From: an uncultured delta proteobacterium
Lineage (GTDB): Bacteria > Desulfobacterota > Binatia > Binatales > Binataceae
Direction: 5' to 3'
Length of the DNA: 64,000 nucleotides
Assembly (NCBI GenBank): GCA_963794325.1
Contig: CAWCDG010000004.1
Coordinates: 1,280,001 to 1,344,000, forward strand
Part shown: one piece after another, positions 19,429 through 28,922 of the stretch
How positions within the stretch are numbered: position 1 is the stretch's first letter
How the letters are laid out: every line of letters begins with the position of its first letter
Program-made: the position numbers and the translations under genes
Notes under the pieces: generated by a model
Told to the model about the DNA's origin: nothing
Seen by the model: the letters and a program-made list of their open reading frames with translations, nothing else
The model's database searches: none

Positions 19429-21050
19429 CTGCGGTGCGGACAACGGCGCGCGCCGAGGTCGCAGCGGACGAGCAATCTTCCGCGAGACCGGCGCACAATC
19501 CATGGGCGATCGCGCTGGTGGTCACGATGGCGACGTTCATGGAGCTGCTCGACACCAGCATCTCGAACGTCTCGCTGCCACATATCGCGGGCGGCCTCGG
19601 CACGAGTTACGACGAAAGCACCTGGGTGCTGACGAGCTACCTGGTCGCCAACGCGATCATCCTGCCGATGAGCGCATGGCTCAGCCGCGTCTTCGGCCGC
19701 AAGCGCTACTACATGATGTGCGTCGCGCTATTTACCGCGAGCTCGTTTTTATGCGGCGTCGCGCCGAGCCTGGCGATGCTGATCGTGTTCCGGATTTTCC
19801 AGGGAATCGGCGGCGGCGGCCTTGCGCCGGTCGAGCAGGCGATCCTGGTCGATACGTTTCCCAAGGAAAAACTCGGCGGCGCTTTCGCGCTTTACAGCAT
19901 GGCGATGGTCACCGCGCCGGCGATCGGGCCTCCGCTCGGCGGATGGATCACTGACAGCTTCTCGTGGCGCTGGGTGTTTTTCATCAATGTTCCGATCGGA
20001 CTGCTGTCGCTGATTCTTTCGAGCCGGATGGTGCACGACCCGGTCGAGTTCACCGAGGAGCGCAAGCAGGCGCGGCGCAGCGGCCGTCTTCGAATTGACT
20101 ATATCGGAATCGTGCTGATCGCGGTCGGGTTCGCGTGCCTGGAAGTCGTGCTCGATCGCGGCGAGCGCGACGACTGGCTGGAGAGCCATTTCATCGCCAC
20201 GTTCCTTGCGATTGCGGTGGTCGCGATCGCGATCGCGATTTGGTGGGAGTGGCGCCACGACGATCCGGTGGTCGAGCTGACCTTGCTCCGCGAGCGCAAC
20301 TTCGCGATCGCGAACGTCCTCTACTTCCTGTTCGCGTTCGGGCTGTTCGGAAGCACTGTGCTGATTCCCGAGATGCTCCAGACCCTGTTCGGATACACCG
20401 CGACCGACGCCGGCCTGGTGCTGGGACCGGGCGCCGCGGTGATCACGATTCTTGCGCCGTTCGTCGTGCTGATCGTCCCGCGCACCGGCGCGAAGAGCAT
20501 GCTGGTCTTCAGCTTCACCGTCGCCGCGCTTTCGTTCTTCTACTACAGCGGGATGACGACCGAGACTGACTACTTTCATTTCGCGTTCGCACGAGTCTTT
20601 CAGGGCTTTGGCTACGCCTTCATGTTCATTCCGGTGAGCCAGGTCGCCTACTCCTATTTGCCGAAAAACAAGAACAACAAAGGCTCGAGTCTGACCAATC
20701 TATGCCGCAACTGGGGCGCCAGCTTCGGTATCTCGTTCGTCACCACGATGCTCGAGCGGCGAACCGAGTACCACCAGAGCGTGCTGGTCACCAATCTCAC
20801 GTCAGCCGATGAAAGCGTGCATCGGTTCCTGAACACCTCGAGCCATTTCCTGGTGACGCGCGGCGCGACCACTCCCGACGCAATTCACCAGGCATACGGG
20901 ATGGTCGGAAGCATGATGACTCAGCAAGCGTCGATGCTCGCATTCATGGATTGTTTTCATCTGCTGGCGATTGTGGTGCTGGCGGGCGTGCCACTGGCGC
21001 TCATGATCCGCCGTTTCGAAATAGGCAAAGCGGCCAGCGGTGCGCACTAA
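19416..21050 (+). CDS. DHA2/EmrB family MFS efflux transporter
   Basis: FMELLDTSI.NVSLP, WVLTSYL, GPPLGGWIT..SWRWVFFINVPIG. Confidence 0.95.
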   Translation: MAAIAAVRTTARAEVAADEQSSARPAHNPWAIALVVTMATFMELLDTSISNVSLPHIAGGLGTSYDESTWVLTSYLVANAIILPMSAWLSRVFGRKRYYMMCVALFTASSFLCGVAPSLAMLIVFRIFQGIGGGGLAPVEQAILVDTFPKEKLGGAFALYSMAMVTAPAIGPPLGGWITDSFSWRWVFFINVPIGLLSLILSSRMVHDPVEFTEERKQARRSGRLRIDYIGIVLIAVGFACLEVVLDRGERDDWLESHFIATFLAIAVVAIAIAIWWEWRHDDPVVELTLLRERNFAIANVLYFLFAFGLFGSTVLIPEMLQTLFGYTATDAGLVLGPGAAVITILAPFVVLIVPRTGAKSMLVFSFTVAALSFFYYSGMTTETDYFHFAFARVFQGFGYAFMFIPVSQVAYSYLPKNKNNKGSSLTNLCRNWGASFGISFVTTMLERRTEYHQSVLVTNLTSADESVHRFLNTSSHFLVTRGATTPDAIHQAYGMVGSMMTQQASMLAFMDCFHLLAIVVLAGVPLALMIRRFEIGKAASGAH

Positions 21051-21084
21051 ACAGTTGGAGATCAAAACTTAAGGAGATATCAAA

Positions 21085-22062
21085 ATGCGCGCTGTTCAGC
21101 TCACGGCTTATGGCGACCCGCTCGAGGGTCTTAAGTATGTCGACATTCCCGAGCCTGAGGCTCCGGGCCCGAACCAGGTCCTCATCGGGGTCGAGTTTTC
21201 CCCTATCGATCCGAGCGACCTCTCGCTCGCGCGGGGCATCTATGGAGTGCACCCCGCGCTTCCAACCGTCATCGGCAACGAAGGCGTCGGCCGCGTGCTC
21301 AATGTGGGAGTGGGGGTGCAGAACGTCAAGGTCGGCGACCGGGTTCTGGCGCCGAATGGCAGCTTCACCTGGCGGGAGCGCATGGTCATTTCTGCCGACG
21401 GCCTTTTCGCCCTTCCTCCTGACGCGGACCCGCGGCAGTTGGCGATGCTGGCCATCAATCCCCCGACTGCGGCGCTGCTGCTCAGCGAGTATGTCGACCT
21501 GAAGCCGGGCGAATGGGTGGTGCAGAACGGGGCCAATTCCGGTGTCGGGCGATGGGTGATCGCGTTTGCGAAAACGCGCGGCTTGAAGACCGCCAACATC
21601 GTCCGCCGGCCAGAGCTGGTGGCCGAGCTTGAGGCGATTGGTGGAGACCTCGTCGTCGTCGACTCTGCCGATGTCGCGGAAAGGATTAAAGCGGCTGTCG
21701 GTCACGCCGAGCTCCGCCTGGCGCTTGATGGTGTCAGCGGCTCGGCGACGGGCGTGCTCGCTGCGACGCTCTCGCCTCGCGGCACCCTCGTCAGCTTTGC
21801 GGCGATGAGCAGGGTTCCGATGTCAATCAGCCCGATGGACGTTATCTTCAAGTCTCTCACCTTGCGAGGCTTTTGGATGGTTCACCCCGAGTTTGCGGCC
21901 AAACTTGCGCCAGCCTCAGCGCAGGCGGCCGGGATGATCGCGTCCGGCCGGCTGCACATAGCAGTGGCTGCAACCTACCCCCTCTCGTCCATCAAGGAAG
22001 CCGTCGCGCACGCGCAACGCGGTGGAAAGGTTCTTCTGGACGTAGCCGGATCATCCAACTGA
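21085..22062 (+). CDS. MDR family oxidoreductase (trans-2-enoyl-thioester reductase-like)
   Basis: PIDPSD, GNEGVG, INPPTA, QNGANSGVG. Confidence 0.9.
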   Translation: MRAVQLTAYGDPLEGLKYVDIPEPEAPGPNQVLIGVEFSPIDPSDLSLARGIYGVHPALPTVIGNEGVGRVLNVGVGVQNVKVGDRVLAPNGSFTWRERMVISADGLFALPPDADPRQLAMLAINPPTAALLLSEYVDLKPGEWVVQNGANSGVGRWVIAFAKTRGLKTANIVRRPELVAELEAIGGDLVVVDSADVAERIKAAVGHAELRLALDGVSGSATGVLAATLSPRGTLVSFAAMSRVPMSISPMDVIFKSLTLRGFWMVHPEFAAKLAPASAQAAGMIASGRLHIAVAATYPLSSIKEAVAHAQRGGKVLLDVAGSSN

Positions 22063-22116
22063 CACTGGAATAGGCGTCTGAGCATCGAACAGTATCCACG
22101 AACAGGGGTGGTCACG

Positions 22117-22224
22117 ATGGAAAACGAAATCAGCCAACTGTTGTTGCTCGCGATTTTCTGCGTCGTGGCAATTCTCGTGGCGGATTGGGCGATGCGGCCA
22201 AGGGATCGCAATGATGACGATTAG
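22117..22224 (+). CDS. Putative 35-aa single-pass membrane peptide
   Basis: MENEISQLLLLAIFCVVAILVADWAMRPRDRNDDD with a G-rich SD-like sequence upstream; below the ORF-track cutoff. Confidence 0.45.
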   Translation: MENEISQLLLLAIFCVVAILVADWAMRPRDRNDDD

Positions 22225-22247
22225 CGGTGAATTTTTTTGGTCCGAGT

Positions 22248-22261
22248 CTTGTACATACAAG
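22248..22261. promoter_or_regulatory. Putative MarR operator upstream of the SDR gene
   Basis: CTTGTACATACAAG, 1 mismatch to the 18183 palindrome, with conserved flanks. Confidence 0.65.
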
Positions 22262-22419
22262 CGCTGATGGCCGATAACCGACATCTTCATTGAACATAGC
22301 GGCGAAGATCAATTCGCGAACGGCCAAAGCCGTCGCGATTTGCGAGTCCGCCCGGCCTGAAACTTTTTAAGCGGCCACCGCAGATAACGTTTGACGAAAT
22401 CATTTAAGGAGCAATCACA

Positions 22420-23172
22420 ATGAGCGGAAAACTCGAAGGCAAGGTAGCAGTCGTCACCGGAGGAAATAGCGGCATCGGTCTCGCCACGGCGAAGCGATTC
22501 GTCGCGGAGGGCGCGTATGTCTTCATCACCGGGCGCCGGCAGACAGAACTCGACGCGGCGGTGAAAGAGATCGGCAAAAGTGTCACAGGCGTTCAAGGCG
22601 ACGTCGCGAATCTCAAAGATTTGGACAAGCTGTATGATGTGGTGAAGGCGAAGACGGGACGCATCGACATAGTGTTCGCGAATGCCGGCATCGCGGAGCT
22701 GACGCCGCTCGGTGAAATTACCGAGGAGCATTTCGACAAGACGTTCAACATCAACGTCAAAGGATTGCTGTTCACCGTGCAGAAAGCTCTGCCTCTGATC
22801 CCGGACGGCGGATCGATCATCCTGAACGCCTCGATCGTGGCGTCCAAGGGCAATCCGGCGTCGAGCGTTTACAGCGCGACCAAAGCCGCGGTGCGGTCGT
22901 TCGCGCGCACCTGGACGATGGATTTGAAGGAACGGAAAATTCGCGTGAACGCCGTCAGCCCGGGCCCTATCCGCACTCCCGCCTATGACCGCTTGGCGCA
23001 GTCCGGGCCAGCAGGCAAGCAGATGCTGGAGAGCATCGTCAACCGGGTGCCGATGGGCCGCTTCGGCGAACCGGACGAAATCGCGCGGGCCGCAGTCTTC
23101 CTGGCCTCCGACGACAGCACCTTCGTCACCGGCACCGAGCTATTCGTCGACGGCGGCGCCGCGCAGGTGTGA
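22420..23172 (+). CDS. SDR family oxidoreductase
   Basis: [17 protein letters not shown], strong SD AAGGAG. Confidence 0.96.
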   Translation: MSGKLEGKVAVVTGGNSGIGLATAKRFVAEGAYVFITGRRQTELDAAVKEIGKSVTGVQGDVANLKDLDKLYDVVKAKTGRIDIVFANAGIAELTPLGEITEEHFDKTFNINVKGLLFTVQKALPLIPDGGSIILNASIVASKGNPASSVYSATKAAVRSFARTWTMDLKERKIRVNAVSPGPIRTPAYDRLAQSGPAGKQMLESIVNRVPMGRFGEPDEIARAAVFLASDDSTFVTGTELFVDGGAAQV

Positions 23173-23263
23173 GCCGGGCAGCAGTATCGCCTGCTGCTCG
23201 CTTTGGCGTCATCTGACCGGCGCGGAGTCATACGAACCGGCCGCTTCGTTAATTTCTCTTTGA

Positions 23264-23327
23264 TTGCCTGACGGGCAACCAGCCGGACCCGTCAGGCATC
23301 TCGTTTGCATAGTTGCCTCCTAGGCAA
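23264..23327 (+). promoter_or_regulatory. Sigma54-type promoter flanked by two TTGCC-N5-GGCAA palindromes
   Basis: AGGCATCTCGTTTGCA (GG-N10-GC, 23294-23309); boxes at 23264-23278 and 23313-23327. Confidence 0.55.
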
Positions 23328-23394
23328 TTTTAGCGCTCGCGCCCTCGCTCGATCGCGAGCGCCGGGCGGGCGCGGCCTTGGAGGTAACCTTCCC

Positions 23395-24853
23395 ATGTCT
23401 GAAGCTGGCGGATCATTACGCAAGGAATGTCTCGGCTTCTCGGGAGTCACCGCGATGGCAATCGCGCTGATATCGCCGACCATGACGGCCGCGTTGATTG
23501 TGCCGTTGATGTACAGCAACGCGGGCAACGCGAGCTGGCTCGCGTACCTGTTCGGCACCGTCATGCTGTTGTTCGTGGCGCTGAATCTGATCCAGTTTGC
23601 CAAGCGCTCGACCTCGGCGGGATCGATGTATGCCTACACGGTGATGGGCCTGGGCACGACGCTGGGCAATCTCTCGGGCTGGTGCCTGGTGTGGGCCTAC
23701 CTGTTTATCGGAACCGCGGGTATGACCGGCTTCACAATCTTCGCGAGCACGCTTATGCGACATGATGGGTATCCACGTGCCTGCGCTGGCGCTGTTCGCG
23801 GTATGCGCGGGGAGCATCTGGTATCTCGGCTACAAGGACATCCGCCTTTCGAGCAGCTTGATGCTGGTTATGGAAGGGCTGTCGGTTGCCCTGATTCTAT
23901 TACTCTGCGCGATCGTTCTGTTCGGCCAGAAATCGCCGATCGACCCGGCCCAGATTAAACTGACCGGATCGTCGTTCTCAGGAATCAGCCTCGGCGTCGT
24001 GGTCGCGATTTTCAGCCTGGTCGGATTCGAGTGCGCCACCGCGTTTGGCGAGGAAGCAAGAAATCCGCTGACGACGATTCCCAGAGCGGTAATCGTGAGT
24101 CTGCTGTTGACCGGGGCATTCTTCGTCCTCGTCTCTTACACCGAGGTGCTGGGCTTCGCCGGCTACAAGACGACGCTCGACAAAATCGATGCGCCGCTCA
24201 ACGTGCTGTCCGACATGATGCACGTTGGATGGCTGAAGGCGCCGATCTCGTTCGGTGCGATGGCGAGTTTCTATTCGCTGGCGCTGTCCTGCATGAACTC
24301 CGGCGCACGCATTCTCTATCCGATGGGAAAACTGGGCGTCTTTCACAGCTCGATCGGAACGTCGCACGAGACCAACGAGACCCCGCACGTCGCCGTCACT
24401 GTAATGTCGATCCTGATTTTTATGTCCCCCGTCATCTTGACGCAGGTGTTCAAGCTCGAAGTTCTCGACGCCTTCAACGACGCGGGAACCTTCGGCGCGT
24501 TCGGCTTTCTCGGCGCGTACTTTCTGATCTCGATTGCAGCCCCGGCATATCTCAGCAAACGAGGCGAACTCAGCCCCGGCGCAATCGCACTCTCGGTAGC
24601 GTCGGTCGCATTGCTGCTGGTCCCGGCGGTCGGCAGCGTTTACCCGGTGCCGTCGTGGCCGGTGAATATCTTCCCGTACATCTTTCTGGGCTACCTGGCG
24701 ATCGGAATGACCTGGTTCATGATTCTGCGCCGCAATCCCGACTTCATCGACAGCGTCAAGCATCGGATTCACGCCGAACACGGATCCGCGCCGGTTAGCC
24801 TGAGAGTGGTGACCGCTCCCGATATGCAAGAGCGTGAAAAAGCGACTGCCTGA
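23395..24853 (+). pseudogene. APC family amino acid/amine permease split by a frameshift near 23758
   Basis: N-half (ISPTMT, SAGSMYAY) in one frame; C-half (FSLVGFECATAFGEEARNP, SGARILY) continues in another frame from 23762. Confidence 0.8.
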
Positions 24854-24895
24854 ATCGGATCTCGCGAAGGGCAAGTGAAGGAGGACACACAAGCG

Positions 24896-25726
24896 ATGCA
24901 GTACGAAGCAAACGCCGCCGGCTCGATCGTCTCGATTTGGCGCTACCCGGTGAAGTCGATGATGGGCGAGGAAATTAATTCAAGCCTCGTCACCGAGCGC
25001 GGACTGCTAGGCGATCGATCCTATGCGTTGGTAGATCTGGCCAGCGGAAAAGTGGTCAGCGCAAAAAATCCGCGCAAGTGGCCGGGCATGTTCGGCTTTC
25101 GCGCGGCGTACGTCGAACCTCCCGACATGCACGAGGGTATTCCGCCAGTGCGAATCACGATGCCCGGTGGGCTATCGGCAACCAGTGCGCAAGCCAATCT
25201 CGACACCCTGATGTCGCGCGCACTGGGCGCCGACGTCTCGCTAAAATCGAAGCCGCCCGCGAGTCCGAAGCTCGAAGAGTACTGGCCCGATATCGACGAC
25301 CTGGCGCATCGCGAAACTGTTACTGAAGAAGCGATGCCGCCGGACACGTTCTTCGACGGCGCCGTCGTTCACATCCTCACCACCGCGACGTTGAAGCAAC
25401 TTCACAGCGTCTATCCGCAAGGCAGCTTCGAAGCGCGGCGCTTTCGCCCGAACCTGATCGTGGCGCCTGATGCGACGGAGGAGGGCTTCGTCGAAAATTC
25501 ATGGGTTGGACGGACACTCGCGATTGGCGATCAAGTGCGATTGAAAATTACCGGCGCCACCGGGCGCTGCGTGATGACGACGCTGCCGCAGGGTGATCTG
25601 CCGAGGGACCTGGGGATTCTGAAGGCCGCGGTTTCGGCCAATCATGCAAATGTTGGAGTCTATGCGACGGTCGAGCGCGCGGGGGTGATTCGCGCCGGCG
25701 ATGCGGTTCAGATCGAAGCAGCGTAG
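24896..25726 (+). CDS. MOSC domain-containing protein
   Basis: IWRYPVKSMMGE, GDR, RRFRPN, RCVMT. Confidence 0.93.
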   Translation: MQYEANAAGSIVSIWRYPVKSMMGEEINSSLVTERGLLGDRSYALVDLASGKVVSAKNPRKWPGMFGFRAAYVEPPDMHEGIPPVRITMPGGLSATSAQANLDTLMSRALGADVSLKSKPPASPKLEEYWPDIDDLAHRETVTEEAMPPDTFFDGAVVHILTTATLKQLHSVYPQGSFEARRFRPNLIVAPDATEEGFVENSWVGRTLAIGDQVRLKITGATGRCVMTTLPQGDLPRDLGILKAAVSANHANVGVYATVERAGVIRAGDAVQIEAA

Positions 25727-25767
25727 CCCAGGCGGGGAAGGGACGGTCATCGGCGAGAAAATGTTGG

Positions 25768-25782
25768 TTGCCCCGCAGGCAT
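25768..25782. promoter_or_regulatory. Third TTGCC-N5-GGCAW box at the XRE gene start
   Basis: TTGCCCCGCAGGCAT. Confidence 0.5.
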
Positions 25783-26407
25783 GCTTGATGTTAGTTCAAT
25801 CTCGATGCGGGACGGAATCGGAATCGCGAAACCGCTCGAGCAGGTGCTCTCCTCGCTCGGCACGCAACTCAAGGCGTTGCGCAGTCAGCGTGGATGGACG
25901 CTGGAGAGGCTGAGCCAGCTTACGAAGTTGTCGGAACCCTACCTGTCGCGGCTGGAGAGCGGGAGTCGGCAGCCTTCGCTCGCGGCGCTGCTGACGCTCG
26001 CGCAGGTTTACGAGATTCCGGTGCGCACTTTGCTCGATGGCGACGGACTGACGATGCCGCCGTGCAGAATTATTCGATCGGGAACTTCGCCGCCGAGAAT
26101 TGCGAACGGTCTTGCTTATCGCGCGGTGTCGGGCGGCGGCCCGTTGACCGGTTTGCAGGCGATGGAGATAAAAATCCCGGCGAGCCGGCATCACGACAAA
26201 TTCTACAAGCACGAGGGGGAGGAATGGCTGTACGTGATTTCGGGCGGCTTGAATCTGATTTTCGAAGACGAACGACATTCGCTGCAACCCGGCGACGCGG
26301 CGCATTTCGACGCGCGTACGCCGCATCGCCTCGCGGCGCTCGGAAAGCGCGATGCGGTCGTGCTGCTGGTTGCGTCGTCGATTTCCGCCACGCACGCGAC
26401 GTCGTAG
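25781..26407 (+). CDS. XRE family HTH + cupin regulator (PuuR-like)
   Basis: LKALRSQRGWTLERLS...YLSRLESG..PSL; HEGEEWLYV, PGDAAHFD..PH; start may be 25805. Confidence 0.92.
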   Translation: MLDVSSISMRDGIGIAKPLEQVLSSLGTQLKALRSQRGWTLERLSQLTKLSEPYLSRLESGSRQPSLAALLTLAQVYEIPVRTLLDGDGLTMPPCRIIRSGTSPPRIANGLAYRAVSGGGPLTGLQAMEIKIPASRHHDKFYKHEGEEWLYVISGGLNLIFEDERHSLQPGDAAHFDARTPHRLAALGKRDAVVLLVASSISATHATS

Positions 26408-26465
26408 AGATCGCGGCAATCGCGGGCGTTCCGCGCGTCACGCCACTCTTCCAGTACATTCGCCA

Positions 26466-27167
26466 ATGAAAACTGCGATCGCCATCAGGCATGTGCACTT
26501 CGAGGATCTTGGTAGCCTGGAGCCGGCGCTCAAGCGCGCCGGATATAAGGTTCGCTATGCCGATTGCTGTGTTGATGACATCGCGGCGCTCGATCCGGTT
26601 GCTCCGGATCTCGTCGTCGTGCTCGGCGGACCAATCGGTGCATACGAAGTGGATATTTATCCGACGCTCAAAGACGAGCTGAACCTGCTCGAGATGCGGC
26701 TGAGCGCGAATCGGCCGACGATCGGAATATGCCTGGGGGCGCAGTTGATGGCGCGAGCGTTGGGCGCCCGCGTTTATCCGTCGGGAGTCAAAGAAATTGG
26801 ATGGGGCCAAATCGCTCTGCGTCCCGCGGGATGCGAGTCGGCGATTCGCCACCTGGGAAGCGACGATACCAAGGTGCTCCACTGGCACGGCGATACCTTC
26901 GATTTACCCGAAGGGGCGACTTTGCTCGCATCGACAGAGATCTGCCGCAACCAGGCTTTCTCATGGGGCCGCAACTCGCTCGGCTTCCAGTTTCATCCGG
27001 AGGCAACGGCGGCGCGGCTCGAGCAATGGTTTATTGGCCATGCATGCGAACTCGCGAGCGCGAAACTTTCCGTCGCGGCACTTCGTGCAGAGACCGCGCG
27101 CTACGCCGCGCGACTGGAAATTCAGGCGCGCAGATGTTTCGACGAATGGCTTACCTCGATCGCATGA
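26466..27167 (+). CDS. Type 1 glutamine amidotransferase
   Basis: GICLGAQL (Cys), HWHGDTFDLP, FQFHPE (His-Glu). Confidence 0.93.
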   Translation: MKTAIAIRHVHFEDLGSLEPALKRAGYKVRYADCCVDDIAALDPVAPDLVVVLGGPIGAYEVDIYPTLKDELNLLEMRLSANRPTIGICLGAQLMARALGARVYPSGVKEIGWGQIALRPAGCESAIRHLGSDDTKVLHWHGDTFDLPEGATLLASTEICRNQAFSWGRNSLGFQFHPEATAARLEQWFIGHACELASAKLSVAALRAETARYAARLEIQARRCFDEWLTSIA

Positions 27168-27292
27168 TCCATCACCCGTTGCACCCCATACAGCAAAACT
27201 GACTTTGCGCTCAGCTTGATTCGCCGGTTAGGCCGCGCGATGCTTGGCGAGCGCTATCGTGCGTTCACCGTCCTACTTCGAGGAGACTCGCG

Positions 27293-27838
27293 ATGAATCG
27301 ACGAGAGTTTCTGCGCGGCTTTTTGGCAATCCTTTGGGCCGGTGTGATCGTTTCGAGTGTCGCCGGCATAGCTCGGGCGGCGGGGTCGACGCGCGATTTG
27401 TCCGCCTTCAAGGACGCCAGCTACATCTATATTGCGACTGTAAGAAAGGACGGCAATCAGAGTCGCGCCGTCCGCGTGTGGTTCATCGTGAGTCCGGACA
27501 ATAAGATCCTGATCGACACCAATAGCGACAGCTGGAAGGCAAAAAGGATCAAGCGCGGCAGCCCGGTGCTCATTTGGCTCGGTTCGGAAACCGGCCCCGC
27601 CTTTATCGGCAAGCCTGAGATCGTCCAGGACAAAGCGATTCAGGATTCGATGATCGAAAAGATACCCGAGAAATACACCCTGGCGAAGGTCGGTTTCTTC
27701 GGTCCGAAACGCGCCAAGTTCGATGACGGTGAGATCATCACAATAAAAATCTCACCGGTGCGCGATCTACCGGATGGGTTCACCTCCGCACCGGGAACAC
27801 CAGCGCCGAAGTTGGACGAACCCGCGTCCGCTCCCTGA
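27293..27838 (+). CDS. Tat-signal PPOX-like (split-barrel flavin/F420-binding) protein
   Basis: MNRREFL twin-arginine signal; IATVRKDG...VWF, WKAKRIKR. Confidence 0.7.
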   Translation: MNRREFLRGFLAILWAGVIVSSVAGIARAAGSTRDLSAFKDASYIYIATVRKDGNQSRAVRVWFIVSPDNKILIDTNSDSWKAKRIKRGSPVLIWLGSETGPAFIGKPEIVQDKAIQDSMIEKIPEKYTLAKVGFFGPKRAKFDDGEIITIKISPVRDLPDGFTSAPGTPAPKLDEPASAP

Positions 27839-27858
27839 CACGATCGCGGGTGGCACCG

Positions 27859-28722
27859 CTACTCCTTGGTTGCGAAGCGTTCGCGCAACGCGTTCCATTC
27901 ATCGGCGCCGAAGCGCCGGAAGGTGTCCATGACAGTTGCGCCTTCGGGCGTGCTGGGAGACGCGCCCGATTCCTTGACGGTCCGCAATGCCTGATCGGCT
28001 GCGGCCATCACCGCGTCCAAAAGAAGGACCGGCAAGATCGCGACGCGGTAACCAAGCGCCTGCGCCTCCGGCAGGGTAATGAGCGGAGTCTTTCCGCCCG
28101 GCACGACGTTGAGCAGACAGGGTCCTTTCACGCGTTGAGGGACCATCGCGAGTTCTTCGGTGGTCTGCATCGCTTCCACGAACGCCATCCCTGCGCCGGC
28201 CGCCAATGCGGCATTGGCGCGGGCGATGGCCTCGTCGAAACCGGCTACGGCGCGCGAGTCGGTGCGAGCGATAATCAGAAAATCCGCGTCACGACGCGCG
28301 GCAACCGCAGCCCTGATCTTCGAGATGAACTCCGCCTGCGGAATGATCTCCTTGCCGTCGAGATGGCCGCAGCGCTTGGGCGACGCCTGATCTTCTATAT
28401 GGATGCCGGCGACGCCTCGTGCCTCGAATTCGCGCACGGTGCGCGTGACATTAAGCTCGTTCCCATAGCCGGTGTCGGCGTCGGCAATCAGCGGAATCTC
28501 CACGGTGCGCGCGAGCACAGCCGCGTTGTCCACCATCTCGCTCATACTGAGCAGCCCGAAATCGGGAAATCCACGCGCCATCGAGGTGCCCGCGCCGGTC
28601 ATGTACACGGCGGCGAAGCCGGCCTGCTCGATCAGCCGCGCCGTAATAGCGTCGTAGGCGCCGGGAGCAGTGACTATGCCGGGTTGGCCGAGAAGCTCGC
28701 GAAGCCGCGCAGTTGGTTTCAT
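27859..28722 (-). CDS. Isocitrate lyase/PEP mutase family protein
   Basis: DADTGYG, IEDQ..PKRCGH, IIARTD. Confidence 0.95.
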   Translation of the reverse strand: MKPTARLRELLGQPGIVTAPGAYDAITARLIEQAGFAAVYMTGAGTSMARGFPDFGLLSMSEMVDNAAVLARTVEIPLIADADTGYGNELNVTRTVREFEARGVAGIHIEDQASPKRCGHLDGKEIIPQAEFISKIRAAVAARRDADFLIIARTDSRAVAGFDEAIARANAALAAGAGMAFVEAMQTTEELAMVPQRVKGPCLLNVVPGGKTPLITLPEAQALGYRVAILPVLLLDAVMAAADQALRTVKESGASPSTPEGATVMDTFRRFGADEWNALRERFATKE

Positions 28723-28922
28723 GTTCGCACTCCCTCTGTGTGTTAGGAAAGTACCTAAACATTTTAGAGCATAAGAGGAGGCGGGGACACCGAGTAGGGT
28801 TATGTCAGATCAGCGCGGGTATTGGATGCGGCCGGAAGAGATAGAAGTCGCGATACCGAAGTGCTAGGCATTTGGTTGCTTCGCCCGAGTGAATTTTGTC
28901 CAGCCTTAGGGGAGGTCTCTAC

